From: Escherichia phage vB_EcoM_ESCO56
Length of the DNA: 64,000 nt
Reading direction: 5' to 3' (one strand)
Sequence record: OM386665.1
The translations under genes and the position numbers were made by a program. The notes below the pieces were generated by a model. The model searched no databases. It was not told the origin of the DNA and worked only from the letters and a program-made list of their open reading frames with translations. Numbering within the stretch: position 1 is the first letter of the stretch; each line of letters opens with the position of its first letter. This document shows positions 41,993 through 52,622 of the stretch, in pieces.

Positions 41993-44227
41993 CTAAACAC
42001 CACAACCCTCGCAATAAGCATCTTGCAGTGCAGATTTACCTACACCAATGCGACTGTTAAGGTAGTACATGGTTTTCATACCTACCGAGTTGGCATAAAT
42101 CATGTACTTCAGAGCTTGAGCCAATGATACCTTTTTAGACTTTGCATAGTCAACATAGAAATCTGAAGAGATAGCTTGACCAGTGAACTTTTGAACAATT
42201 GCATAACAATCAATCAGGTCAAAGGTGTCAATACCCCAAGCAATTTCATAAACATACTTCAACTCTTCATAATCTGGAACAATAAACAGCACGTTACCAG
42301 TTGCAGACTTTTTAGTTAAAATAAAGTCACGAATTGGGTACAAGCCATTTGTCGTATTAGTTGCTAGTGAAGAACTCTCATTAGGCATGTAAGCTTCTAA
42401 TACAGAGTTTCGGATTCCACCATTTTCTTTGATACGTTGTGCTAAGTCATCCCAATCATATCGTAGTTTTGCATCATGCTTTTCATCAATCTTCTTGTTA
42501 GCTGTCTTCGGAGGAACCCAGCCTTCAGGATACTTAGTGAACTTCATGTACTCTGGAACGCCACGCTCTTTAGCAAGTCTCAGAGAGGCTTCATGCAGAT
42601 AGTAAGAGTGCATCTCTGCAAGTTCATGAAGTTTCGTCTTACCTGCTCGTGAAGAGTAGTTCACGTAGTTCTTCGCAAGGTAATGAGCCACATTTGTAAG
42701 GCCAATCCCAACAGAACGACGCTTCTGTACATGGTTACGCATCGACGGATACGGATAATCCATAAGGTCAATAACGGAGTCAACCATTGCAAGAGCATAA
42801 TAAGCAACGTCAGCGTATTCATCTTCTGAAATTCTCCCTGCAACCAAACTAGCTAGGAAGCAAAGAGCCACCTCACCATCCTCTTTCACAGCATCATCTC
42901 TGTAAAGGTCTGTCTCTTTCTCAAAACCATACACTGGCAACACAATTTCCATACAAAGATTTGACATCTTCAATGGTTCTTTAAATGGTGTATGTGTGTT
43001 CGCATTGTTAGTGAAGAATGGATACACACGACCTGTAGCATAACGCTGTTGGATAAACAGCTTAGCAATTTCACGAGCCTTTACCCGTCTGTGCTTAACT
43101 CCTGAATGTACTGCGTGACCAACTGCCATAGCAAACTCATCAGCAGATGCTGTGTAGAACATGTCATAGAGTTTTGGTGCATCTTTGTAAGAGAATAGCA
43201 ACCAATCTGTATCATACTGAACACACTGCCAGAAATAATCGTTTGTGCCGAATGAGTAGTCCATCTCATTAATACGTTTAGAAGGAACCGTTGTAGGGTG
43301 CTTCAAACGCAGTAAATCTTCAATCTGCGGGTCTAGAGCAGTGTAGAAGTTATTAGCTGAACCACCACGACTCTTCTGTTTGTTTGCCTCTACAGATGAA
43401 CGTACAAGCTTGTAATAAGGTAGTTTACCCATGTGCTCAATCGTATTTTGACGGATACCATCACCGATAGTACGTGTCTCCATCAGCATACCAATACCAG
43501 CTTGCTTTGTGGTCATATCATAAGCAACCTTTGCAGCAATACCAAGTGATTCAGCAGTATCATTTGCCTTAATCAAACAGCATGACGCATAGCCTGACTT
43601 GGTGGCTCTTAAACCGTTTAAATAAGGTGTAGGAGCGTTAATCTTCAGGTCAGATAGGTAAGTGTACAGCTTGATAACATCTTGCAGTCTACGGTGCTTT
43701 GGTTGCTTCTCAAAGGCTTTCATAGCCATACCTATAAACATAAATTGTGGTGACTCAAAAAGTCTCCCAGTTTTAATATCACGGATACCGTACTTGTCTC
43801 TGAACTGTTTCAATACTGCATAACCGTAAGAGATATCTTTTGAGTGTACGATGTAACCTTGCAGGTATTCAAGCTCTTCCTGTGAATAATCCATCTTCTC
43901 CCAAAGTCCTGCTCTCTCCATATTTTTAACGAAGGTAACCAGCGTAGGAACCTTAGTAAAGCCTCCAAAGGCTTCTTTGTAGATAATACCCAAAAGTAGC
44001 CGTCCAGCCATATCTGAGTATTCTTGAGTTTGTTTATCAACACAAACATCAATCATGGCTTGGTGCATCTCTTTTGTAGTGCAACCTTCATAGACACGTT
44101 TCATAGCTTCCATAGTGACTTCTGACCAGATAATTCCACGTTTATCTGCCCATGATGCCCACTTATTCAGTCTTTCTGGGTCAAAGCTTACTACTGTACC
44201 GTTTGATTTTTTAATTGTCTTAATCAT
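41993..44227 (-). CDS. nrdA: ribonucleotide reductase large subunit (class Ia alpha)
   Basis: 744 aa; N-terminal ATP-cone-like region; C-terminal CEGC(G) redox-tail motif. Confidence 0.9.
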   Translation of the reverse strand: MIKTIKKSNGTVVSFDPERLNKWASWADKRGIIWSEVTMEAMKRVYEGCTTKEMHQAMIDVCVDKQTQEYSDMAGRLLLGIIYKEAFGGFTKVPTLVTFVKNMERAGLWEKMDYSQEELEYLQGYIVHSKDISYGYAVLKQFRDKYGIRDIKTGRLFESPQFMFIGMAMKAFEKQPKHRRLQDVIKLYTYLSDLKINAPTPYLNGLRATKSGYASCCLIKANDTAESLGIAAKVAYDMTTKQAGIGMLMETRTIGDGIRQNTIEHMGKLPYYKLVRSSVEANKQKSRGGSANNFYTALDPQIEDLLRLKHPTTVPSKRINEMDYSFGTNDYFWQCVQYDTDWLLFSYKDAPKLYDMFYTASADEFAMAVGHAVHSGVKHRRVKAREIAKLFIQQRYATGRVYPFFTNNANTHTPFKEPLKMSNLCMEIVLPVYGFEKETDLYRDDAVKEDGEVALCFLASLVAGRISEDEYADVAYYALAMVDSVIDLMDYPYPSMRNHVQKRRSVGIGLTNVAHYLAKNYVNYSSRAGKTKLHELAEMHSYYLHEASLRLAKERGVPEYMKFTKYPEGWVPPKTANKKIDEKHDAKLRYDWDDLAQRIKENGGIRNSVLEAYMPNESSSLATNTTNGLYPIRDFILTKKSATGNVLFIVPDYEELKYVYEIAWGIDTFDLIDCYAIVQKFTGQAISSDFYVDYAKSKKVSLAQALKYMIYANSVGMKTMYYLNSRIGVGKSALQDAYCEGCGV

Positions 44228-44244
44228 TTTCGAATCCTACAGAT

Positions 44245-44267
44245 GAAAAGAGCCTCCGAAGAGGCTC
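44245..44267 (-). terminator. intrinsic terminator
   Basis: Minus strand GAGCCTC-TTCG-GAGGCTC followed by TTTTC. Confidence 0.65.
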
Positions 44268-44273
44268 CCTAGT

Positions 44274-44612
44274 TTAAATCTTGAAAATTTGCTCATTCTG
44301 CCACATATCGTAAAACTTATCGCTTACTTTTGTGACTGAAGAGGTGTGCATACAATTCAGGGAGAACCATGATGGTGTATTATCATCCCTAAGTGTTTCA
44401 AGTTTTTGTGTAGCGTTCACATCCATGTCTGCAACAACGTAATTACCTCGCATCTTGCAAACAATTCTTCCAAACAAGATTGCACTTCTGCCTCTTCGGT
44501 CATCACAGTACATAACTGTGTCTCCGTGCTTGATGTCTTGTCCGATACTGTCAACACCTAACTTAGCACCTGAGATGATGTCATCATAAGATAGCTTTTT
44601 TGTTTTAGACAC
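44274..44612 (-). CDS. hypothetical protein
   Basis: 112 aa ORF. Confidence 0.5.
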   Translation of the reverse strand: MSKTKKLSYDDIISGAKLGVDSIGQDIKHGDTVMYCDDRRGRSAILFGRIVCKMRGNYVVADMDVNATQKLETLRDDNTPSWFSLNCMHTSSVTKVSDKFYDMWQNEQIFKI

Positions 44613-44937
44613 AGTATCTCTCCAAGTTTCTTTTCAGATACAGCCAACCATAGTCAGTCCTTTCTACACCCATAAAGAGCGGAGCCATCACAACTTTACC
44701 AAAAGTATTCCTGTGTTGGCAGATTTCAAAAGAATACTCTTTCTCAATGTCAATCCCGTATTTGTACAGGACTGCTTTTAAAACTTGTTCATTATCCAGA
44801 AGTGTATCTGGAGTCTCACCATACTTTTCAAGTAACGGGTCATTCATAAACACCGTCATAGAAATATTGTAGTTTGAGAAGTGGCTCTTCTGAGCCACAC
44901 CCTCTTTATTAATGTTCTGTGAATCCATTATAACCAA
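44605..44937 (-). CDS. hypothetical protein
   Basis: 110 aa ORF. Confidence 0.5.
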   Translation of the reverse strand: MVIMDSQNINKEGVAQKSHFSNYNISMTVFMNDPLLEKYGETPDTLLDNEQVLKAVLYKYGIDIEKEYSFEICQHRNTFGKVVMAPLFMGVERTDYGWLYLKRNLERYCV

Positions 44938-45664
44938 CCCCTTTTAACCAGCACTTCAGGTTATTAGCATCATAATTCAGTTTCGGGTATGAGGTTACAT
45001 GGAACTGCTCACCATCATAGTAGACAATATCTGCAATCCATAGTCCATTCTCTTTACAGAAATCTTTATCTGCTTTAGAGGTAATTGGATTAACTTCTAC
45101 AAAACCATCTACACCCAAATCCTTTAAGCTACCTACAAGACCTTTGCAGATAACGCATGTCTCAGATACTACCACAAAAAGTTCTTGGCTTTCAAGCTCT
45201 ACAATGTATTCACCAAGCTGTACTTTAGGGAGGTTTGATTGCTTCATAATCTTCCCATCGGCTGCACGAACAATCGCATACCACTCTTTACCATCAACTA
45301 CTGACATTCTGATAATACACTCTTGACCAGTACGCTTTTCAATGTCTGCAAGACGTTTTAAAGCTTCTTCATAGTCATCTGTGTACTTCAGGTCGTTATT
45401 ATGGCAAACAGCTTTCATAGCACCATTATGGTCATGTTGTGACAGGTAAATCAAACCGTCAAGAACATATTGCAAATCTGCCTGAGCATCCAGTGTCTCA
45501 ATGGGGTCTTTCTCTTCAATTGCTTTTACAAGCTCTTTTGCTTCTTCAAGCATACACAGAGATTGAGATTTTAAAGATTCCCAATACTCATCACTATAAG
45601 GTTGCTTTTGAGTGTTTCCACAACGAAGGTTCCAGTTTTTTACTGATTCTCTTGAGTTAAACAT
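44909..45664 (-). CDS. protein with N-terminal MazG-like NTP-pyrophosphohydrolase-like helical domain (putative)
   Basis: 251 aa; LEEAKELVKAIEEKDPIETLDAQADLQYVLDGL resembles MazG/HisE EExxE..D motif region; C-terminal half unassigned. Confidence 0.4.
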   Translation of the reverse strand: MFNSRESVKNWNLRCGNTQKQPYSDEYWESLKSQSLCMLEEAKELVKAIEEKDPIETLDAQADLQYVLDGLIYLSQHDHNGAMKAVCHNNDLKYTDDYEEALKRLADIEKRTGQECIIRMSVVDGKEWYAIVRAADGKIMKQSNLPKVQLGEYIVELESQELFVVVSETCVICKGLVGSLKDLGVDGFVEVNPITSKADKDFCKENGLWIADIVYYDGEQFHVTSYPKLNYDANNLKCWLKGVGYNGFTEH

Positions 45665-45903
45665 TTGGACTCCTTAAAATATTTGTTAACCTTTAGCTCT
45701 CGTGTTTCAATATATTCTAGATGCTCACGTAGCTCTTGACGTTTAAGAATTAGGTGCTGCATTTGAGATTCAACAGCTTCAACTTCTTTAATTATTGACT
45801 CTCTAGCATTTGCAAGGATGCGCTCAAGTTCTTCAATCTTGCTGTCAACTTTTGCTACATGACTCACAGCCTTACTTTTGTTAAACATTTTACTCTCTCT
45901 CAA
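45640..45903 (-). CDS. hypothetical coiled-coil protein
   Basis: 87 aa ORF. Confidence 0.45.
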   Translation of the reverse strand: MRESKMFNKSKAVSHVAKVDSKIEELERILANARESIIKEVEAVESQMQHLILKRQELREHLEYIETRELKVNKYFKESKCLTQENQ

Positions 45904-45909
45904 TAGTTA

Positions 45910-46407
45910 TCAAGCACAATTTGCTTTCATTACCTTGTGGATTCTTTTTTCAGCATCTTCATAAGTTTCTTTAGTAATAAACTTAATTGCTGCAATGTTG
46001 GCATTGTAGAAGAGTCTGAGCTTAGAGTCAATCCTTTTTGTCATTACATCGAATTTATGTTGAAGGTTTGCTTCACCATAGACTAGGCCACCTTTTGTGT
46101 AGTAGGTCTGAATAATGTAAAAGTCAAAAAATTCTTTCCCAAAACTCTCAATATCTTTTTTAATATACTCAGAAGAAGTCTCGTAAGTCATCCAATCACT
46201 TTCCTTAGTGACTATCTTCTTCCGAATCTTCCCAGCAACTTTTCTTTTTGTCACACTGTTAAGGTGTTTCTTTCCGATATAATACTGTCCAGTCTTCTTA
46301 CAGTGTACTAAATAGACAAAACCAAAATGTTTAGTGGGGTCAACTTCCCCACATAAAGATACCCAATGACCATAGGTAGGGCAATTGCCAAATCCTTTAA
46401 TCTTCAT
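45910..46407 (-). CDS. GIY-YIG-like nuclease-domain protein (putative)
   Basis: 165 aa; GFVYLVHCKKTGQYYIGKK resembles the GIY-(10-11)-YIG motif. Confidence 0.45.
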   Translation of the reverse strand: MKIKGFGNCPTYGHWVSLCGEVDPTKHFGFVYLVHCKKTGQYYIGKKHLNSVTKRKVAGKIRKKIVTKESDWMTYETSSEYIKKDIESFGKEFFDFYIIQTYYTKGGLVYGEANLQHKFDVMTKRIDSKLRLFYNANIAAIKFITKETYEDAEKRIHKVMKANCA

Positions 46408-47437
46408 TCATACACGGCTCCCAATTATATTTCTTAAAAGTGAAATCGTCTTTCTTGTTTCTTTCCTGATAAGCTAAGAAAAAGTGTTGCTGCATTAACT
46501 CTAAAGGTGTTCTGGTGATTGTTTGACCATCCCACGAGACATAAGTGTATGACTCTTTCTTAGCATAAAGCTCATAAATTGCATCAAGACACTCTTTGTA
46601 GGTGGTTTTACCTTCAAGTGCTTTCATTACAGTAGCCTTACCAACGCCCTTTAAACCAAAATAATTATCCGCGTTATCACCAGCCACAGCTTGGTAACAA
46701 AGGAATTTAAAACCTACACCAACTGTCTTCTTAGCTTTTGGTGTTGATTTTATTGGGCAATCCCAAATTTCACCAACGTTGTTATCAGCAATGAAAATCA
46801 AAGGTGACTTTTCATAGGTCATATCGATGCAGTAAGTCCCTTCAGCTTGGCGAAGGTCTTTATCAATACTCATTAAGGCAGCCTTTTTACCCATCTTTTC
46901 AGCTTTAGCAATAACGATAGAGTCAGCTTCAAATCCATCAAGAATTAGTTTGAACTCTGGTCTGGATAAAAGATATTCACGACAAGCAACTAGGTGTGTT
47001 GGTGTGACAGCATCTTTGCGGTTACCTTGATATTGGTGCTCAAGACCTTTAATGTCTTTATGCTTATGCACACCTTTCTCTGTTAAATAGCCTACCCAAG
47101 TTCTCTCTTTACCAACAACCTTAAGCCATTCCTGAAGCACCTGTTGAGTAGCCATGATAGCTTCTTTTTCACTCTTAGCTTCTTTCCAAGTCTGTCTTTC
47201 CCATTCATCTTCATCAAATGTCAGGCCAAGCTCTTCCACAAGGATTCTCTGGTCTGCTAACCATCTTGCAGCATCTTTCGCATTATCAAATGGTTCAGAT
47301 TCTTCTGCTGTGAGTTTATTGACGTATTTATATTTTGCTTTCTCAACTACACAAGCGCCTTTATAGGCAATACTGTCAGAGTCAATAAAGACGTGTGTAA
47401 CTGAATCGGGAAGTTTTGTTAATGTGTACTTCTCCAT
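46397..47437 (-). CDS. 5'-3' exonuclease / flap endonuclease (RNase H-like, PIN plus H3TH)
   Basis: 346 aa; N-terminal HVFIDSDSIAYKGA and H3TH motif AVAGDNADNYFGLKGVGKATVMKAL. Confidence 0.8.
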   Translation of the reverse strand: MEKYTLTKLPDSVTHVFIDSDSIAYKGACVVEKAKYKYVNKLTAEESEPFDNAKDAARWLADQRILVEELGLTFDEDEWERQTWKEAKSEKEAIMATQQVLQEWLKVVGKERTWVGYLTEKGVHKHKDIKGLEHQYQGNRKDAVTPTHLVACREYLLSRPEFKLILDGFEADSIVIAKAEKMGKKAALMSIDKDLRQAEGTYCIDMTYEKSPLIFIADNNVGEIWDCPIKSTPKAKKTVGVGFKFLCYQAVAGDNADNYFGLKGVGKATVMKALEGKTTYKECLDAIYELYAKKESYTYVSWDGQTITRTPLELMQQHFFLAYQERNKKDDFTFKKYNWEPCMNED

Positions 47438-47452
47438 TATGGCTCTCCATAT

Positions 47453-47480
47453 GAAAAAGCCCCATACTGAGTACAGGGCT
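47453..47480 (-). terminator. intrinsic terminator (large-loop hairpin)
   Basis: Minus strand AGCCC-13 nt-GGGCT followed by TTTTCAT. Confidence 0.45.
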
Positions 47481-47499
47481 TTAAAGTAACTTTTAGAGA

Positions 47500-48354
47500 T
47501 TAGTCTTCTGTATCGAAGTCTTCATCTTCTTCGTCATCTGGGTCTGGCAAATCTTCTTCATCATCATCAGAATCATTCGAAGGTTTGTGGTCTGTTGCGT
47601 CTTCTTCAGTGACTTCACCGTTATCTTCAACACCATCAAGACCAAGCATAGCCAGTTCATCTTCATCCAGTTCAGGTTCACCATTAGCACCGTTACCGCC
47701 AGCGTAAGGTACAAGAGTATCAATGATAAACTGTTCCTGAATAGGTTTTGTCAGAACATTGTTCTCAAAAGTGTAGAAGTGAGTAGAAAGAATCACACTA
47801 CCGAAAGAACCGTTACCAACTGCAATGTCTGGATGAATTACATCATAGTTCTTGTCATCTTCATGTTTATCAGATGCTTGAGCTTTGATTTTCTTCATCG
47901 GCTGTTTAACAGCTACACGCTTACCATTTACTTCTTCAATCAGCATTACAGGGAATGACTGTTTAGCTGTCCATACAGCACCATCTTTATAAGCTGCTGC
48001 ACGACTTACTTTCAAGATGTGGTAAGTGTCTGCTTCAAAAGGTGGTTTACAACCAAACTTCTCTTCGAAGTCATCTGCATCAACTGCTTCAGTAGTGACT
48101 TTATCCCAACCTTCTGGGTTCTTCTTAGACTTAGTAAACTCTTTAAATAGTTTGTTACCGTCTTCTGCCAGAATTGATACGCTGTAGTTGCAGTCTTTGC
48201 CTGGGAATTTCTTATCAATAGACTTACCTTTCCCCGGACGTGGTGAAGTGTTCAGGTAATAAAACCAGACGTCTTTCAGCAGGTAACGCAGAGTTTGACG
48301 TTCAGTGCCATTGTACTTCTCTACCGGAGCTTTCATTTTAACAACTTTAGACAT
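47500..48354 (-). CDS. single-stranded DNA-binding protein-like (acidic C-terminal tail)
   Basis: 284 aa; C-terminus DSDDDEEDLPDPDDEEDEDFDTED ending near an aromatic residue, reminiscent of T7 gp2.5-type SSB tails. Confidence 0.5.
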   Translation of the reverse strand: MSKVVKMKAPVEKYNGTERQTLRYLLKDVWFYYLNTSPRPGKGKSIDKKFPGKDCNYSVSILAEDGNKLFKEFTKSKKNPEGWDKVTTEAVDADDFEEKFGCKPPFEADTYHILKVSRAAAYKDGAVWTAKQSFPVMLIEEVNGKRVAVKQPMKKIKAQASDKHEDDKNYDVIHPDIAVGNGSFGSVILSTHFYTFENNVLTKPIQEQFIIDTLVPYAGGNGANGEPELDEDELAMLGLDGVEDNGEVTEEDATDHKPSNDSDDDEEDLPDPDDEEDEDFDTED

Positions 48355-48426
48355 AATTTAAACCTCTATCTCAATTTATGAAGAGTACCAATTCTAATTT
48401 GTTGATACTCTATTGTCAAATACTAA

Positions 48427-48576
48427 TTACTTGGAGTTGTGATTCTCTTTAGAAGCTGCTTTACGTGCAGTTTTTCCAGTTCTTACACGTTTTTCTTCAT
48501 AGTATTTTGCTGGTTTTCCAGCAGTGGATTTTAAGGAGTCCCCAAAAACTTTTTCAAATGCTTTAGAGTGTTTCAT
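48427..48576 (-). CDS. hypothetical small basic protein (49 aa)
   Basis: Not in ORF track: MKHSKAFEKVFGDSLKSTAGKPAKYYEEKRVRTGKTARKAASKENHNSK; GGAGA RBS 6 nt upstream; ATGA overlap with upstream ORF stop. Confidence 0.5.
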   Translation of the reverse strand: MKHSKAFEKVFGDSLKSTAGKPAKYYEEKRVRTGKTARKAASKENHNSK

Positions 48577-48866
48577 GATATTCTCCGATATACTTGGTAT
48601 TCAAACACGTTTTCTTTCATTATAAACAGCCAACTAATATTATGCTGAGGTAGCGTAATGACGACTGTAATCATGCTCTGGTGGAAATCTTCTTTTACCT
48701 CAACTTCCCCATCGCATTTCATGAGGAGCATTCTATAGAACCTATCAAGCTTTGTCAAACACTCTTCCTGAAATTTATTTAAACTTTTTTCTTCAAAGAA
48801 GGGTGTGAACCCCTCTCTTTTATAACTATCACTCAGTTTCGAATGGGCAGTCATCTGCATCCTCAC
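48573..48866 (-). CDS. hypothetical protein (start uncertain)
   Basis: 97 aa track ORF overlapping the 3' end of the primase-helicase gene; stop overlaps the start of the small basic gene. Confidence 0.35.
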   Translation of the reverse strand: MRMQMTAHSKLSDSYKREGFTPFFEEKSLNKFQEECLTKLDRFYRMLLMKCDGEVEVKEDFHQSMITVVITLPQHNISWLFIMKENVFEYQVYRRIS

Positions 48867-50820
48867 TTAATACAGGTGGAATCGTTGAGCTTTGACGCTG
48901 CTCTTCAGTATAGACTTCACCAGTATCACGGTCAAACACTTCATCCTCATAATGTGGCAAAGAATCATCGTAATGGTCTTCAGCTTCACCAATACCAAAC
49001 TGTTGGCGAATATTTTCTGCTGCACCATCAATGTCAACTCCACAACCAGATGCTTTGATAAGACGCCCTGTATCTGGATTGTACCAAGTATGACCAGCAA
49101 TACCCGTTGACTTACCGTGACGACGACACTTAGTTAACTTGATTTTTGTCAAGTTTTTCTTAACAGGGTCTGGGTCAACCTTGTTACGCATTAACAGAAT
49201 GTTGTTCATAGAAATCTGGAAATACGCACCAGAGCCTTTAATATCCTCTTCAGAGATATCTCCACCTTCAGAGTTAGCCTTCTGACCACCTGCACTCTTA
49301 CGAACGTGACAGACGTTTACCTGTGCATACTGGTAGCGTTTGCAACGACGCAATAGCTCAGACAAAACTTCCTCTTCATCCGTATCTGAACGTGATAGAG
49401 CCAACGTAATAGGGTCAAGAATAATAATCTTACAGTCTAAACTGTTAACAAGATAGTCAACAAACTCCAGCAAGTTATCTTGGTCAATTGCCCCTTGATG
49501 GTCTACGATGTGGATACGACGACCTTTAGATAGTTCTGCGTGTGCCTCCTTCAATTCATCCCAATCACGTTCGTCATAAGGAATCTCAGAAATCTGCTTG
49601 CTAAGGTGGATTGCACAGAGCATCTCCATCAACTCTTCATAGGTATCTTCTACAGGAATTACACCAATGTTGTAATCGGTATCTTTCCAAGCAGTATAAA
49701 TCATTTCACGAGTGTATGCAGATTTACCCACTGAAGATGGTGCTGCCAGAGTTGTAATCTCACCTAAACCATAACCACCATAAGTCAGCCTGTTCAAATC
49801 TCCGAAAGATTCTGGGAAAGGAATCAATGGAATCTGACCACGATTCTTCATTGCCTCAAACCCATCTGCAAAGTTCTTGATACCAGCAGGGCAGTAACGA
49901 GGTGCATTGTAGATACGCTGCTTAAACCCTTCAAGAACTGTATCTTTCTCTTTATAGAACTTTGTCCACCATTCGTTAAGGTCTTTTACACCCTCTGGAT
50001 ACTGGAATAAACGAACCTTCTCAATAGGTAGGATACCAGCAGCCTCTTTAGTGGCTTTAGCACCTGCTTCATCGTTATCAAAGCACAAGTAAATTTCATC
50101 AAATGATGTGATGTACTGATAGTTATCCTTGATAGACTTAATGTTTGCACCTGATGGAACAGATACGTGACAGTAATTCTTACGACGAGACTTATCTTTA
50201 ATCGCCAAAGAAGTCATATAGATTGCTGTCGCACATTCCATCTCACCTTCCCAGATGAATAGACGGTTACCACCTTCTGGAGCAATCCATGAACCGAACA
50301 TTGCCAGTTCACCTTTAATGTCTCCAACACCACCTGAGAAGTCTTTTAGCTTACCTCGTAGGTGTTCTTTTGGATGGTCTTCTGGGTAACGGTGACGAAC
50401 ACGGTAGCCAACATGCTCTAGCTTGCCATCTTCATTACGTTTGTAAGTTGGATAGAAGTGCGCATCAATTTCACCGTCACTGTCAATGTCAACCTTGATA
50501 CCTAAGCGTTCAAGGACTTTTGCAGGAATCTTCCTGTCCTTTAAGTCCATTGCTTCAAGGTTTTCTTTCACATCGTCTAAATCCATCCCACGGAAAGTAC
50601 GGTTTTTATTGTCTGAACCAGTAGAATAAGTGCTCACGATTTGTCCTTTATCAAAATCCCACTCTGGGAAACCTTTGTTACAACTAAAGCAAGTCATCGA
50701 ATAAGAATCATCGTCATGATGATAGATTGAACCAGCATCTGATGAACCACAACGTGGACATGCACAATGACCAATAAACTGACCAGCCTCTTTCAATTTA
50801 CGACCTTTAGACATTAGCAC
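48829..50820 (-). CDS. bifunctional DNA primase-helicase (T7 gp4-like)
   Basis: 663 aa; N-terminal zinc ribbon CPRCGSSD...CFSCNKGF, central TOPRIM-like region, C-terminal DnaB-type helicase with Walker A APSSVGKSAYT. Confidence 0.85.
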   Translation of the reverse strand: MLMSKGRKLKEAGQFIGHCACPRCGSSDAGSIYHHDDDSYSMTCFSCNKGFPEWDFDKGQIVSTYSTGSDNKNRTFRGMDLDDVKENLEAMDLKDRKIPAKVLERLGIKVDIDSDGEIDAHFYPTYKRNEDGKLEHVGYRVRHRYPEDHPKEHLRGKLKDFSGGVGDIKGELAMFGSWIAPEGGNRLFIWEGEMECATAIYMTSLAIKDKSRRKNYCHVSVPSGANIKSIKDNYQYITSFDEIYLCFDNDEAGAKATKEAAGILPIEKVRLFQYPEGVKDLNEWWTKFYKEKDTVLEGFKQRIYNAPRYCPAGIKNFADGFEAMKNRGQIPLIPFPESFGDLNRLTYGGYGLGEITTLAAPSSVGKSAYTREMIYTAWKDTDYNIGVIPVEDTYEELMEMLCAIHLSKQISEIPYDERDWDELKEAHAELSKGRRIHIVDHQGAIDQDNLLEFVDYLVNSLDCKIIILDPITLALSRSDTDEEEVLSELLRRCKRYQYAQVNVCHVRKSAGGQKANSEGGDISEEDIKGSGAYFQISMNNILLMRNKVDPDPVKKNLTKIKLTKCRRHGKSTGIAGHTWYNPDTGRLIKASGCGVDIDGAAENIRQQFGIGEAEDHYDDSLPHYEDEVFDRDTGEVYTEEQRQSSTIPPVLSEDADDCPFETE

Positions 50821-51007
50821 CTCTCCGTTGTAGTTCTACCTTCAGTCCATTTTCAATCTTGTCCAGTTCATGAATTTCATCTGCAATCTCTTTCCTTCGT
50901 GATTCAACTCTCTTAAGACGTTCAATCATTACCTCATTGGAAAGAGATGAGAGTTCCACTAAACGGTGGTCAATAACTTTAAAATTGTCTTTTACTCTCA
51001 TCTTCAT
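50807..51007 (-). CDS. hypothetical protein
   Basis: 66 aa ORF upstream of primase-helicase. Confidence 0.4.
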   Translation of the reverse strand: MKMRVKDNFKVIDHRLVELSSLSNEVMIERLKRVESRRKEIADEIHELDKIENGLKVELQRRGANV

Positions 51008-51015
51008 TCTCTCTT

Positions 51016-51759
51016 TTAAATCTTCAGGATAGCTCTTAGCTTGCTCTCAAGGTCTTCAATAGTACCATTATTATGAATAATGTCACGCTCATATTTTGTA
51101 GAAATGCCATTTTCTGAAACATGTGATGAAACTTTGCCCACATTGTCTCTTTTTACTTCAATAGTTTGGTGTGCAAGTCTACTCAGCCACTCAGCCTCAG
51201 AGTCAAATCTTAAATCACTGATTAAAACAACACCTTCTTGATTTCTAAGTGAGCAAACGTCAAAGAAATTTACCATTCGTTTTTCGAGGTCTTTAGCCCA
51301 GAACTTGTCACCCATAACTTTACGGATAACTTCAGTGCCCCAAATCTGTTGAATTTGTCTTGATGAGAATTTATACTTTTTACTAAATCCCAGACGTGTT
51401 AATAGAGTCGGTTTAGCAACCTTCTTAAGCTCCATGATTAATCGTCCGGTTAACTCTGACATAAGCTTAAAGTCCATATGGTAACGTTCGCCTTTGAAGG
51501 TGAACTCCGTAGCTTCGGTAACTTTTAACATTAGTTCAGGATATGATAAGTCAAATACCTGTGGAGCCTCTTTAGTTTCACCGTACAGGTCATTCCAAGT
51601 CAAGTCAAATATCTTTGATGCAGATAGTTTAAGGTTGTCTGCAAAGGCCATTACTTCAACATTGTAGCCATACTCATCCTCTAAGATGTTCTTCACAATA
51701 GAACATGAGGTGTCTTTTCCAGAACGTGCCTTTCCAGTAAATGCAATGATTTTACTCAT
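51016..51759 (-). CDS. deoxynucleoside monophosphate kinase
   Basis: 247 aa; P-loop GKARSGKDT at N-terminus, size like T4 gp1-type dNMP kinases. Confidence 0.7.
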   Translation of the reverse strand: MSKIIAFTGKARSGKDTSCSIVKNILEDEYGYNVEVMAFADNLKLSASKIFDLTWNDLYGETKEAPQVFDLSYPELMLKVTEATEFTFKGERYHMDFKLMSELTGRLIMELKKVAKPTLLTRLGFSKKYKFSSRQIQQIWGTEVIRKVMGDKFWAKDLEKRMVNFFDVCSLRNQEGVVLISDLRFDSEAEWLSRLAHQTIEVKRDNVGKVSSHVSENGISTKYERDIIHNNGTIEDLESKLRAILKI

Positions 51760-51820
51760 TTTATCTCCATTAATTACTAAAAAGCCCCCAACTAAGGAGG
51801 CTTGTAAGATTTATAAAGAC

Positions 51821-52621
51821 TTAGTGCAGTTGCTCAGCAGACTCTTTTTCTGCCATAGCTGAGAGTTGCTTCACAAAATCATCACCGAAGTTAATGCGTA
51901 GTTTCTCTTCAATGATTGAAGCACCAATGTTCACCAAAACATCATTGATTGCTTGCATACTAACACCACCAGTCATCTCCTCAATGAACTCCATACTCAC
52001 ACCCATCACCTGTGAAAGTTGGATTAGTGCAACGATATTCATCATTGTAGAGATAGCTGGAATCATCAGTGCAACTTTCACCTGAAGTGGCTCTATATCA
52101 GCTACAAAGTCATTCTCAACAGCTTCTTCCAAAGACTCTTTGGTTTGCTGGATAATCTCTTTGATTCGTGGGTTTAGTTCTTCTACGCCCCAATCAAGCT
52201 TTTCATATCGTGACAGCTTTTCTTCCATACGCTTCTCAAGAACAGCCATAACAGCACTCGTTGATGAGATAAGTGTATCAATAATGAAATCAGTGTCCTT
52301 AGTCAGTAACAGTTCCTTATCTTCGTCTGACATCCTGATATAGTCATTCTTTTGCATTTCATAAAAAATGAACTCAGCAAGTGCATCAACACCAACCGCA
52401 ATAGATGCCAGAGCAAGCGTAGTGTCTGTCAACATCATGTTAACCTGTTCTGCAAAAGCATCGTTATCAGACTTGTCTTTAGGCAGATTGTAGCTTGCAG
52501 GCATAAACTGTTCTGTGTAGTTGTTTCCACGAAGAATCATAGCCATACTTTCTACGGCATTGATTAAGAACGCTTCGTCAATACCCTTTTCTTCAAGCAT
52601 CTTTTCTACATCGATATTCAT
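51821..52621 (-). CDS. hypothetical acidic protein
   Basis: 266 aa ORF. Confidence 0.55.
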   Translation of the reverse strand: MNIDVEKMLEEKGIDEAFLINAVESMAMILRGNNYTEQFMPASYNLPKDKSDNDAFAEQVNMMLTDTTLALASIAVGVDALAEFIFYEMQKNDYIRMSDEDKELLLTKDTDFIIDTLISSTSAVMAVLEKRMEEKLSRYEKLDWGVEELNPRIKEIIQQTKESLEEAVENDFVADIEPLQVKVALMIPAISTMMNIVALIQLSQVMGVSMEFIEEMTGGVSMQAINDVLVNIGASIIEEKLRINFGDDFVKQLSAMAEKESAEQLH

Positions 52622-52622
52622 A

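Noticed and set aside
47587-47958. Plus-strand track ORFs 47154..47366 and 47587..47958
   Set aside because: Antisense to the flap endonuclease and SSB-like genes; no RBS; low-complexity translation.
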